Source: Schmidtea polychroa (taxonomy: Eukaryota). Taken from it: a DNA stretch of 64,000 nt. Positions within the stretch are counted from its first letter, which is position 1, and each line of letters starts with the position of its first letter. The stretch lies in contig CM097885.1 in the NCBI GenBank assembly GCA_044892525.1, positions 126,542,001-126,606,000 on the forward strand, read 5' to 3'. The notes beneath the pieces were generated by a model. It had not been told where the DNA came from, did not search any database, and saw nothing but the letters and a program-made list of their open reading frames with translations. Shown in pieces: positions 20,701 through 29,755 of this stretch. Both the position numbers and the translations under genes were made by a program.

Positions 20701-22550
20701 TTCCTCACTACTACTGGGAGTATTTCAGCTACTTGTTTTATCGCTTCCTCCCTCTCTTTTCTCAACTTTATTTCAATATCCTCGTCTTCACTTTCACTGG
20801 TTATCTCGCTTTCGCTTTCTTCTTCTTTGATTTCCCCTTTTGGTGGTTCGCTTATTTCATTTAGCTGTAGTATTTCTCCACCCAAACTACTTACATAGTC
20901 TTCTCCTTCGTCTGACGATGCTACATCTTTTGTCCTTTTCATCATATTGATTTGCAAATTTCTCATCCTTGGTACTCTCTTTAGTTTCTTTCTTTCGAAT
21001 ATCGTTGTTTCTTCTGATTCTAATTCTTGTAGCACTTGGTGGTTTAGTTGACTGGTTTGTTCCTTGCTCTTGTTATTTTCGTCTTCTGTCTCAGTTTTCG
21101 CTTTATTATGTTCTTTTTCGATTTTATCTTTTATCTTTTTCCAGAATATTTTCTGAATTCTCTGGTTTCCTTTTAAAATCGTGGTTGAATTCTCTGTTTT
21201 CATTCCCGTTGTTGTTTCTTTTACCTTTTCTGGTTCCGTCATGGGTACTACCCTTGGGTTTTTCCCGTAATTGTAACAATACTGGCTCTTCATGTCTTTT
21301 ACTAACTTCATCATATTTATTCGCAATGGTTGTTCTTGTCGTTGTTGGTTGCGTTCTTGTTTTATCCTCTCTTCCTCGGCCTGTAGTCTTTGCCATTCTT
21401 GTACATGTTGATGTACTTCATAATTGTTGAGATTTTCGGTGCTCCTCATCATACGTATATTCTGGGTTTGTTGTGGTGCTGGTTCTTGTCTTGGTCTCAT
21501 CATTTGTTGCATCATCTGTTTCATCTGCGAGATTTCCTGCATAACGTTCATTTGTTTTCCTTCGCTAGGGTTGCTTTGTCGTTGCGGATTCACCATATAA
21601 TTATTATTTCGCGGTAGTGGTCGTTGTCGTTGGCCCCTTTCTCGGCAATCTCTGGAGATGTGACCTGGCTGACCACAGTTAAAACAACCTCGCAATTGGC
21701 ATACATTTTCGGTATGTCCACGCCGTCCGCAACGATTACAATTTGAATTTCTATAACAATCTCTGTCCCAGTGTCCTGGTTTACCGCATGTTCGGCACTG
21801 CTTGTTATCGTTCATATTTCGTCGATTATTAAAATTGTTCTCATTATTCAGGTTGCTACGATTACCATTATTCCCATTTGGTCGTCCTTGTGGTGGTTTA
21901 AAAATTTGATGCGCTCCTGGTATAAATTGATTCATTTTCGGTTCTTGATTGTTGTTATCTCCGTTATCTGCTTTCGCTATTGCTGTCGCTATCCTTCCCT
22001 CCTCTTGCATGATGTTCATTTGGGCTGGAAGGTGGAGCTCGCATCTTGTAGCCCAATCTATGGCTTCCTCTAATGTTTTGCACATTTGACAACCTACTGA
22101 GGCTCTTACCTCTTCTCGGCGTAATCCCTCTATGAAATAGCCAATCAGGTTTTCTTCGGTTAATTTTCCATTCATTGCTTTCTTCGCTAATCTCCGCAAT
22201 TCACTGGCGTATAATGTTATCGATTCGTTCGCTCTTTGTTTCCTAGTTGCTAGTTCGCCCAACGCCTGGTTGATTGGCTTACTGGCTCCGAAGGTTTTCT
22301 GCAGGAATGTTTTGATATCTTCCCATTTTTCTAATTTCGTATCTCTCTCTTTAGCTTCTAAATAAACTTCTAATGCGCTATCGCACAAAAACAACGGCAT
22401 CCTTTTACTAATTGCTTCGGGTGTCCATCCACACACAGTGATATAAACTTCAAAATTAGTTATGAACGTTGCTAACTTGTTTGCGTTTCCGTTGAATGGT
22501 TCTCCTCTGAACTTCTCTTTATACTCGTCGGTTTTTACGACATTCGTCAT
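17769..22550 (-). CDS. gag: Gag polyprotein with a long accessory extension (capsid, 3 CCHC knuckles, 3 ubiquitin-like domains, Bcl-2-like C-terminus)
   Basis: Retrotransposon capsid motifs (RKQRANESITLYASELRRLA); CRTCGKPGHWDRDC, CNRCGRRGHTENVC, CFNCGQPGHISRDC at ~21645-21797; HIIRAGGW near the C-terminus. Confidence 0.92.
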   Translation of the reverse strand: MTNVVKTDEYKEKFRGEPFNGNANKLATFITNFEVYITVCGWTPEAISKRMPLFLCDSALEVYLEAKERDTKLEKWEDIKTFLQKTFGASKPINQALGELATRKQRANESITLYASELRRLAKKAMNGKLTEENLIGYFIEGLRREEVRASVGCQMCKTLEEAIDWATRCELHLPAQMNIMQEEGRIATAIAKADNGDNNNQEPKMNQFIPGAHQIFKPPQGRPNGNNGNRSNLNNENNFNNRRNMNDNKQCRTCGKPGHWDRDCYRNSNCNRCGRRGHTENVCQLRGCFNCGQPGHISRDCRERGQRQRPLPRNNNYMVNPQRQSNPSEGKQMNVMQEISQMKQMMQQMMRPRQEPAPQQTQNIRMMRSTENLNNYEVHQHVQEWQRLQAEEERIKQERNQQRQEQPLRINMMKLVKDMKSQYCYNYGKNPRVVPMTEPEKVKETTTGMKTENSTTILKGNQRIQKIFWKKIKDKIEKEHNKAKTETEDENNKSKEQTSQLNHQVLQELESEETTIFERKKLKRVPRMRNLQINMMKRTKDVASSDEGEDYVSSLGGEILQLNEISEPPKGEIKEEESESEITSESEDEDIEIKLRKEREEAIKQVAEILPVVVRNQEFIDIIPFRRFVQKVMKLERNEKDLIPNEEKSIIKKYMEKMKQADTTRYVIKIGTSRGLERMWIKNTVTDELFDWIREHLGSSRKKEYLYQYQGEQIKPDMHLVDALIWPGETQILKLHKEKQPANLYDWAKDAKAEYDFNIKLKLEQIKQCTLRRNLDKLIKQIQEQVEDNWDLLITRRAPAMYELMSRLRDTEMLRMSDWRTINLIHKYGRLKETQPQRLEITIWLPNEEKRRITMSNQSTVDDLVSKINQEITEKVRSESSDGMVDDVVMMYDKIILRAEDDTSLSEMGMWDNHQIIRIVPMDEFRTRDVTYQKEIRDRMKTLYQKSTEIIEIHQQWLKEKELQGKITKLSTRSCRRTPWERVWNAENKEWEIQKGIFVETDIGETGSESEEEEEEPPEYEEEARGQTSDDEGETGVTSESENEARHIHAMRKKEREYADMDGEEATEAREREEKERYKQLGDILAMGAKNQKRQVVALANIILKTSENIHNLRGMAKAIEEYRQYNEWYPEQLEQIIRKWRNQEWAQDTQERYHIRTKYPDKSIEELEVHPTTKIRELKKKLAYETPFHLQLFGKSLDDNADVGITPMRLEETNVLTMAETLGKPLKRKSKITKPTKGSLSTPSPNKAPSKSNETEEVEEIILEDSDDEPGERSPLLVRWPTGAEMWTNNQPSTSYQQPTKLNIKEIIDNTTETETDEQFQKQREPTKVTPEGQTDKIIDEWNEWLRNNDSSLPRTDNERNPNYENTREAGTMMEKRAKGRPKKQGEKSEFKTKEQLKQEQGQARLEKLDKIVWDLKEAQPTIERGEKWIRELIKDMLIITNPQLRRLWQRKVASTEARQLWHIVSGIIPKLIKEKTKTTKTDWDETKRVIEQLTTNANDDEHHLVVITYLMYNLMGLAARKIPNKQFANHVEITVSIIENTIEPHIIRAGGWKRLIQAPRKNEQERSMQVRLKKLLNELEWELPMKDPAS

Positions 22551-23209
22551 GATTGGTGTTCTAGATTCGTCTGGTTCCTTTAAATTGTCTAACGATGTGA
22601 CTAAACTTTGGGCTGATAATTCTTCGGTTGACGTTGCTAAACTATTAGTGATGTCGGACAGACTTTCTCTGCTTCGAGATCGACTTGGGGTGTATCCAAG
22701 ATTTTCTTGGTCAAATATAGGTACTTGATTGGTTCTCCTTGATCCTTGTGATATTCCTCTTTGATGTTTAATAGATCGTCCTCTTTTGAGTTGTTGTAAT
22801 TCGTCTCCTGAAAATAATACGTCTCCTGGCTTACTTGAAGATCTAAGATTGGGTTTATCCGTGATTCCTTTCTTACGCTTCTTGGTAATTAGCGGCTACT
22901 GAATTGGACGAGTTCGGTTCTGATGGTGTTTCCTTCGATAAGTATTCTGTATGAATCTGCTACTGTGATTCTGAGGAGATTTACTAGTCCTTGACAGATG
23001 GCTGCTAATACTATGAGGTTGAATATATCGATGATTCGTTCGAAGTTGGAGATGTCGCTATCTGTATCTTCTTCCGTTCTGGAGTCTTCCGGTTGTTGGG
23101 TCTCTCGGTGTGGGTTCTGAATGGATTTATTCTTGGTTGATTGTCGATTTCTTCGAATTCCTTTTGTGCAGGTTCTGGATTGGCTTGATTGGCTGACTTG
23201 ATTTGATAT
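22551..23209 (-). other. Probable N-terminal coding extension of gag (ATG-less exon with one frame break)
   Basis: The gag frame is open 115 codons upstream of the ATG (to 22895); another frame is open 23209-22889 and starts right after acceptor TTTTTTCATTTTAG. Confidence 0.5.
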
Positions 23210-23918
23210 CTAAAATGAAAAAATGATCTCGTGTTGCATCTGCTTACACGACTTCATCATTCTTTCTGCAACATTCAAACACAGACACCTTTTAGGTTCT
23301 GTTTATGCTTCCCCTATTTTTTATGCAATTACTTCCGCGGGTTATAATCTCCCATCAGCCCGAATTTTTCGTCGATTTTAAATTATCTATATGGGGTAGT
23401 AACAAATATCTATATGGTCGTATAAATTATCTATAGTTATCACTTATAATATCGATAGGTCGTTGTCGGTCTCTGCTTATTACCCCCCTTTCATTTTCCT
23501 AATCCTTTTGCGCTGTTGTCGCTATTTTACTTTTTATATTTACTATCATTCCACTCGGTCCTACTCTGGAACCAATAAAATGCATTTTCCCGGTTTAACC
23601 CAAAACAAAATATTCCGTAGAGTTTCTCTACTTCACTGGGATCCCTTTAATTAGTTGGTTACTTTCCTCTTCTACTCGTTATCATCATTTCACGTATTCT
23701 TTATTTTCCATTATCTTTTAATTCATTTCCTTCTTCCCTTTCCTTTTCCGTCATAATCTCATTATCTTTTCCACGAGCTCGTTTATTTCCTCTCTAAACT
23801 CAAATTTTCGTAATTACATTCAATTTGTTTCTAGCTAGCTTTAATATTCCCTTTCTCTACTAATTCAGATATTAGCTCATTGTAGCTTAACTGCTATCTC
23901 TCGCTTTTCTAGGCCTTT

Positions 23919-24243
23919 ACGACTGGCTGGCACTATTCAACAGCTCAATCTTCTTCCTTCTGACCGGTTGAACTATTCGACAACTCGATCTTACGACTGG
24001 CTGGCACTATTCAACAGCTCAATCTTCCTCCTTCTGATCGGTTGGACTATTCGACAACTCGATCTTACGACTGGCTGGCACTATTCAACAGCTCAATCTT
24101 CCTCCTTCTGATCGGTTGGACTATTCGACAACTCGATCTTACGACTGGCTGGCACTATTCAACAGCTCAATCTTCCTCCTTCTGATCGGTTGGACTATTC
24201 GACAACTCGATCTTACGACTGGCTGGCACTATTCAACAGCTCA
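23919..24243. repeat. 74-bp tandem repeat, ~4.4 copies, in the 5' leader
   Basis: Units start at 23919, 23993, 24067, 24141 and 24215; each unit is a dimer of related halves sharing GGxTGG-ACTATTC-ACA-CTC-ATCTT. Confidence 0.95.
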
Positions 24244-24847
24244 GTTTTCGTTTCCCTTGACCGGCTGGACTATTTACAGCTCGGCTTTAACATTCTTTAC
24301 TCTGCATGCTTCTACTTCTCTTTTCTTCTTTTACTCAAGATTACTATTTTCTCGGTCTACTTTTAATTTGTTGACTTAATCTTTACCGCTCGGGAGTGTG
24401 TCCCCTTTCCCCCCTTGATCGAAACGCACGACGATCGCGATGATCCATTTCTACATTGGCATGGTGATCAGTCATGCCGCAGAAACTTCTCATCATTTGC
24501 GATGGTACCCCGCCCTACGCTCCTCACTTAGGTTGATCGGTTATTCCCTCCCAATTGGTTTTATCGTATGATAGAACGTACCGCCCTAAGGTGGCTCGGT
24601 TTGTACCCTTACAGCCTATATTGGGACTAGTTCCACGTTAGTTTAGTTCTCTTTTCGTTTGATTCAAAAAAAAATAAAATAGAATTAAAAGCCATGGATT
24701 ACTCAGCTTATAACAAGAGTTTATTTGCCATAAAAATAAAAATAAAATTAAGACTTTAATAATATTTCACACAACAATTACATTTATTCTCATTCAATCG
24801 TCAGTATCAATTCGATGTTCATAAATGTCATTAAATCTTTAACACTT

Positions 24848-25324
24848 TTATTCGCCATAATAAACCATATGAGTCTCTTTTATCTCGTGCTTACATATTG
24901 TGCACCGTTTTAGATCGTTTACACATTCTTCGCAGTGACTGAGGTGTCCACAGGGCAAGAACAGTACGCGAATAGGACGAAGTTTGCAGGACAGACAGGT
25001 TCGTAATTTAGTGAGCTTTTCTTGTATCTTCTGTTCGATTATGTCGGATATAATATCTAATTGATCTCGTAGTCGATGATATTCTAGATTCAATCTCAAT
25101 CTTTCCTGATACCACTGATATATGGTTTCATGATTCACTTTACTATCTGCACGACTTAGGCCTATGGCTAATAACATATGGTTAGGTACGATTGGTGCTT
25201 GTCCCATTGTTTGTAGTTGTATGCTCCTAATTCTCTCTCTTTTCTGTGTAAGCGTTTTTATGGGATCGTTTTCTATATCAACGAAGTTGCTTAGTTGTTT
25301 CATCAGTTCTGTGAATTCTGTCAT
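24848..25324 (-). CDS. Coiled coil plus C-terminal IAP/MDM2-like RING-HC protein (158 aa), upstream of gag
   Basis: CLSCKLRPIRVLFLPCGHLSHCEECVNDLKRCTICKHEIKETHMVY at the extreme C-terminus; acceptor TTTTCCAATAG 2 nt before the ATG. Confidence 0.85.
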   Translation of the reverse strand: MTEFTELMKQLSNFVDIENDPIKTLTQKRERIRSIQLQTMGQAPIVPNHMLLAIGLSRADSKVNHETIYQWYQERLRLNLEYHRLRDQLDIISDIIEQKIQEKLTKLRTCLSCKLRPIRVLFLPCGHLSHCEECVNDLKRCTICKHEIKETHMVYYGE

Positions 25325-25633
25325 GTCTATTGGAAAAGAAAATATTTTAATAATATACAGCTAATACATGGTGGTTTCAGCAAACATTTCTCTTTTGAGT
25401 TGTTATAAGTTGTTTAACTTTTATTTTATTTTCCCAAATTTAAATTTACTTTATTTATATCTTTAACTTCATCATTTTCTAACCGTACTTTATAATAGGA
25501 TTCGAGAAGTATTAGTCAATTTGCATTCGCTAATTAATTGAAATTGATAATCCCGGTGAATTCGCACTATTCGACAAAATTTAATAATAAATCCCGGTCA
25601 GGCTTACTCTAGTTAACGGATATTTCACTCTAG

Positions 25634-25651
25634 ATCCCGGCTGAGCCCCCA
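25634..25651 (-). promoter_or_regulatory. Primer-binding site complementary to the tRNA-Pro 3' end
   Basis: Minus strand TGGGGGCTCAGCCGGGAT; plus strand ATCCCGGCTGAGCCCCCA closely resembles the eukaryotic tRNA-Pro 3' end (ATCCCGGACGAGCCC+CCA). Confidence 0.8.
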
Positions 25652-26224
25652 AAAATTATGTTGGCGGGTGACTACCCGGATGACCCCCTTCATTACCGCT
25701 TTCAGTCCAGAGGATGAATGCCCCATATCGATTACGCTCGTCTTGATTCTGGTCATTGCCGAGCAGGACCCGTACATAATCTACCCTCCAACATAGCACC
25801 CGTGAATCGCTTCACGTTGGAACTGTGCTACGCCGGCGAGACGCCAGTAGGCAGGTGAGCCATCTCCTTCGGACTACTCCCTACTGAGGCCTCGACTTCC
25901 TAACCCTGACTGCCGATAGAAGGACTTACGTCATTTCATTTTGTCACCCATCGCAAGATTTCTAGCTGGAATTACCAATTGACCAATATTCCTCATTTTT
26001 CCGAAAAACTCTCAATGCTATTTACAAGTTCATATTATTTTCTAAGTTCAACACACAAGATAACGCATACATAAACGAAAAACTTTTATTATTAAATTTA
26101 CTACACAAACACCTAGAGGATTTATACAAGGAATTTTACACGAACTGAATAACACCAAGGTAGAAAACGACAACAGAAAAGTTCGATCCGCTACGGAGAA
26201 GGAGGCCATTCTCCGGGGAAATCC

Positions 26225-26968
26225 TCATCTCTCCCACTCCGAGTCGGCGAGTAACTCGTCCAGATTAAAGAACTCGGCGGCGTTTTCCTCCCACATCGCC
26301 CCGGCGGCGGAGATGACTCGCCCGGAGATCCCGGTTGTTGGGACGACCACCGTTAGATCCCTATTGTTGCTGACTGGAGCGATGATTGACGATGTACACT
26401 GCTTGACAGACGCCCGTTCCCGTTGTTTCCGTTTGCGTTCGGCCCGAGACAGCTGTCGACGCTTAGGCTTTGAGGAGGTGATCGTTTGTATGGTTGATGA
26501 GGACGCGAGATTTAGCTGGACCTTACTGGTTCCGGTGAATACAATCTCTGGGTCTTTAGGAGAGAGCTCGGATTCTACACATCCATGGCAAGACTTCGCG
26601 AGTGGAGACGAAAACTTGACAGAAGTATCATGGTGCGCTGGGAAGAGATTGCCGGCTTCGTCAATTGGGATCTTCGCTATTTTTCTAGTGGTCGCCGCTT
26701 GTATGTATAGTTTATGCAGTGCTTCCGACTGCTCTTTTATCAGGCTCCTCTGTGCTCGACTTTCGGAAATGAGAGCATCACGACAGTGCTCGCTTCGATA
26801 CAATTTCTTTTGGGTCTCCTTCATTTGCGTGGGACTAAACCATGTCCCCTCCAACTCATCGATCTTCCTTTTGTACTTTCCAATTTGCGCTTGTAGATCC
26901 CTGATAACTGAATTCTTGTCCGAGCAAGAAAAGCAAGGTTTAAGAATGTTGTTGGTACTTGAAGACAT
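26225..26968 (-). CDS. LTR-encoded 247-aa protein (CxxC, coiled coil, basic NLS-like stretch, acidic-aromatic C-terminus)
   Basis: ATG preceded by a strong acceptor TTTCCTCTTCATAG 9 nt upstream; KPKRRQLSRAERKRKQR; ends EEFFNLDELLADSEWER-like acidic tail (EENAAEFFNLDELLADSEWER); AATAAA ~135 nt after the stop. Confidence 0.7.
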   Translation of the reverse strand: MSSSTNNILKPCFSCSDKNSVIRDLQAQIGKYKRKIDELEGTWFSPTQMKETQKKLYRSEHCRDALISESRAQRSLIKEQSEALHKLYIQAATTRKIAKIPIDEAGNLFPAHHDTSVKFSSPLAKSCHGCVESELSPKDPEIVFTGTSKVQLNLASSSTIQTITSSKPKRRQLSRAERKRKQRERASVKQCTSSIIAPVSNNRDLTVVVPTTGISGRVISAAGAMWEENAAEFFNLDELLADSEWER

Positions 26969-29056
26969 CTTGAATAGCTATGAAGAGGAAATGCGAATAA
27001 AATCAAACTAAGTCAAATGTGAGACATCATCATCTAGTCACACTCATACCATACTGATCATAGATTATCATACTGACAAAACGAGTTTATTAGCCTGAAG
27101 AGATTTCGTTACCCTACAGATCTTGTACGCTTGGGGTCATTATTTATACGAGAGTGGATCATTCATGCAAGATTTTACCGAAGGAAAGTAAGGTATTATC
27201 CTGGATAAGGGAAATTACAGGTTGATGAAATTACAATTTAATCAATTTACCTGAAAACAGTACCTAACATTTAAAGAGAGTTTAAATTAAATTATAGATT
27301 TACCCCAAGACAAATAATTTGGATGTGTAGATCTTATGCATGGATAGGCGATTTATCTTTAAATTAATTATTCAACATAAATAAGACTCTATCAATTGCT
27401 CTGCAATTATTTGTTTGCGATAAGTAAAAGTTTGTTAATTAATTTGCACTTGTTTAGTTGTGAGAAAATCAAAATGATTAAAACAAAGTTGAATATTTAA
27501 ATGAATTTAACCACGTGTACCCAAAATGTCTGTCTGGCCGCTATCTATCATTTCTGATCGGTGAGAAAATCGGGTGACTGTCAGTAGTATGTTTCAGTGA
27601 ATTATGTTTCAGCTGACGCGTCAGGTTGGATTTCCTGTGATTAACAGTCTGTATAATCTACATATTGCGAGTAGCCTCTGTGATTATTCTAAAGCGCATG
27701 GCGCATGAAAATTTTCTCTCACCTACTTCTACTTAGTCATAATCGCTGACTGATGTCTTCATGCTCTATGCCATGCCGGTGTATGCATGCAGGTGTATTT
27801 TCCCTTATGACATATTACATCACTGACGAACCATGTATCTACCTCAAATGCTGCTGGTTATCTCTCATGGATATTTTGGAAAAACCGGATTTCTACATCA
27901 TCAATGTTGGAATTAATTCACGATCCCTCAAATAGGATTTACTAGCTCGTCTCGTGGTCCTCCATCGCTATCAATGTACGCCTGCTACTGCTGTCAAATT
28001 GGAGATTTATTACTTATCCCAATGCTGGATTTTCCACCCGACGGGATGTGGACATTTTATGGTTTACTGGGTAAACAATTATTCTAATAAATTATGTTTT
28101 AGGGAAATACATTTTTACTGATTGGAGTTATTCGCTTTTATTTTTAATGATTACTTAAACCTATTTAATTACGTGATTTCATACAATTTCATCTTTGAGA
28201 GGACATATAGCCGATGGGAATAGCGATTTCGCAAAAATCGTTAGTCGAAAATTTCAAGATTAAATTTCTAGCGAATTCGAGAACTATGACAACTATGGCA
28301 TACATAGCACTACCAAGGTTGGACGGTTTTTTAACGAAAGACTTGCCTAGATCTACTGGATGATAAAGAAGAATTTTAACTTGATCAGACGCTGTTATAA
28401 TACGCTAGTGCGACACCCTCAATCACTGCGCGAACATATCAAAATTTCTCCTATTGATCGATTCATTCTCCTATCCTACTTCCTCGTATGAATTTTCATA
28501 GAATTTAGTCACTCCTTCAGCGACGGACCCGTGAGGAAGCCCCCACATTACGGCCCGAATCAGCTGCGTGATTGAAAAGACCCCATGTCCACCGGCTGAG
28601 CTCCCGAAGGCACCTCACACCATGACATAGAGTATCTCAACACCACGTTTCTCCAAAATTTTAAATATCATAAAATCAACAAATAGTAAAAATTCCTTTC
28701 ATTCAAATAAAATATTTATTACCAATTTACTAAAACATTTAATTAAGTAAAACCTTCAAATCAAACGAAAAGAGAAAAATGATTATTAAATTTAGACTAC
28801 TATAAATTCATAAATATACATGATCGTTGCATGGTAAACCTAAATAATGGAAAAATCCCTTACCAAATTTTCAAATAGGCTGAATCGAAAAGTTCTGAAC
28901 AGAATTGGTTAATACTAGAATAGGTTATAGAATTGGTTGAGTTTCCTGAATTCCTAGAATAGTCCTTGAAATGATTTCGGTGAATCTGTGGCTGTCGCTG
29001 TGAATTTTGGTTTCTAATGTAGTGGTTAGATGAACGGTAATTGTTAATTAAAATGC

Positions 29057-29144
29057 ACTTACCTAATGTAGTGGTTAGATGAACGGTAATTGTTATGATT
29101 TTAGTGTCTGCTTATATATTAGTTTTCTATTTATGCGGACCAAT
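29057..29144 (-). promoter_or_regulatory. LTR promoter (CCAAT box, TATA box) followed by a short first exon and a GTAAGT splice donor
   Basis: CCAAT 29140-29144, TATATAAG 29111-29118, AG|GTAAGT with G at 29062; same motifs in the 3' LTR at 2239-2326. Confidence 0.6.
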
Positions 29145-29473
29145 CAGAATGGAGTACCGCTTATTTTTATTACTTTAATTTGTTTTCCTTGTTTTTGAGT
29201 TATTTCTTCCTATTTTCTTTATTTTTATTGTATTTTTATTTATTTTCTTTAATTTCCTTATTATTTACTGCATTTTACGTCATTTTCCGTCATTTTATTG
29301 TCCTATTTCAATTTTTCGTGTTTTTATATTTTTTGTTTTAATTCTTATTTTCTAATTATTGTTTTTCTTATTTCCTTTCTACTTTGTTGCGTAGATTTGT
29401 TTATTTTATTTTTATTTTTATTTTTAATTTTTGTTTCGTTATGCTTAACCTAATCTCTCAGATACTCTTCTAC

Positions 29474-29755
29474 TCAGCCCAACACTCGTCTTTCGTCAGT
29501 GTATTGTACATTTGAACAAGGTCGATGCTGTGTTCTGCAAACTGAAGATCGTTGAACTTTGGGTTCCTTCTGCAGGAAGCATTCGCATTTCGCCACTCCA
29601 TATTCTATCAGGACGTCATAGATTATGTGTGTCTTTCTTGTAATTAGATCTTCCAAATTTAATCTCATTGGAAGTTTTGAAAGGCAGCAAACTTTTACCA
29701 TTTTTTTATTTGTATCCGTTGTCACGTAATCATCAAAAAACGAGAGTCCTACCAT
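29474..29755 (-). CDS. Small Cys-rich U3 ORF (93 aa); identical copy at 2656-2937
   Basis: ATG-initiated ORF in otherwise very AT-rich LTR sequence; no recognised domain. Confidence 0.35.
   Translation of the reverse strand: MVGLSFFDDYVTTDTNKKMVKVCCLSKLPMRLNLEDLITRKTHIIYDVLIEYGVAKCECFLQKEPKVQRSSVCRTQHRPCSNVQYTDERRVLG

Noticed and set aside
4584-22728. Many plus-strand ORFs rich in F/S/L opposite the retroelement genes
   Set aside because: Reverse-complement shadows of E/K/R-rich purine-biased coding sequence
23919-24243. CRISPR-like appearance of the repeat array
   Set aside because: No unique spacers, no cas genes, eukaryotic context; it is a plain tandem repeat
26313-27011. 232-aa plus-strand ORF overlapping the LTR gene
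   Set aside because: Antisense shadow of the 247-aa ORF in locally GC-richer sequence; GTG-type start in the track and no recognisable motifs
27750-28060. Coding-like GC-richer patch inside the LTR
   Set aside because: All minus-strand frames I translated have stops within ~20-35 codons; at most a decayed ORF or small alternative exon
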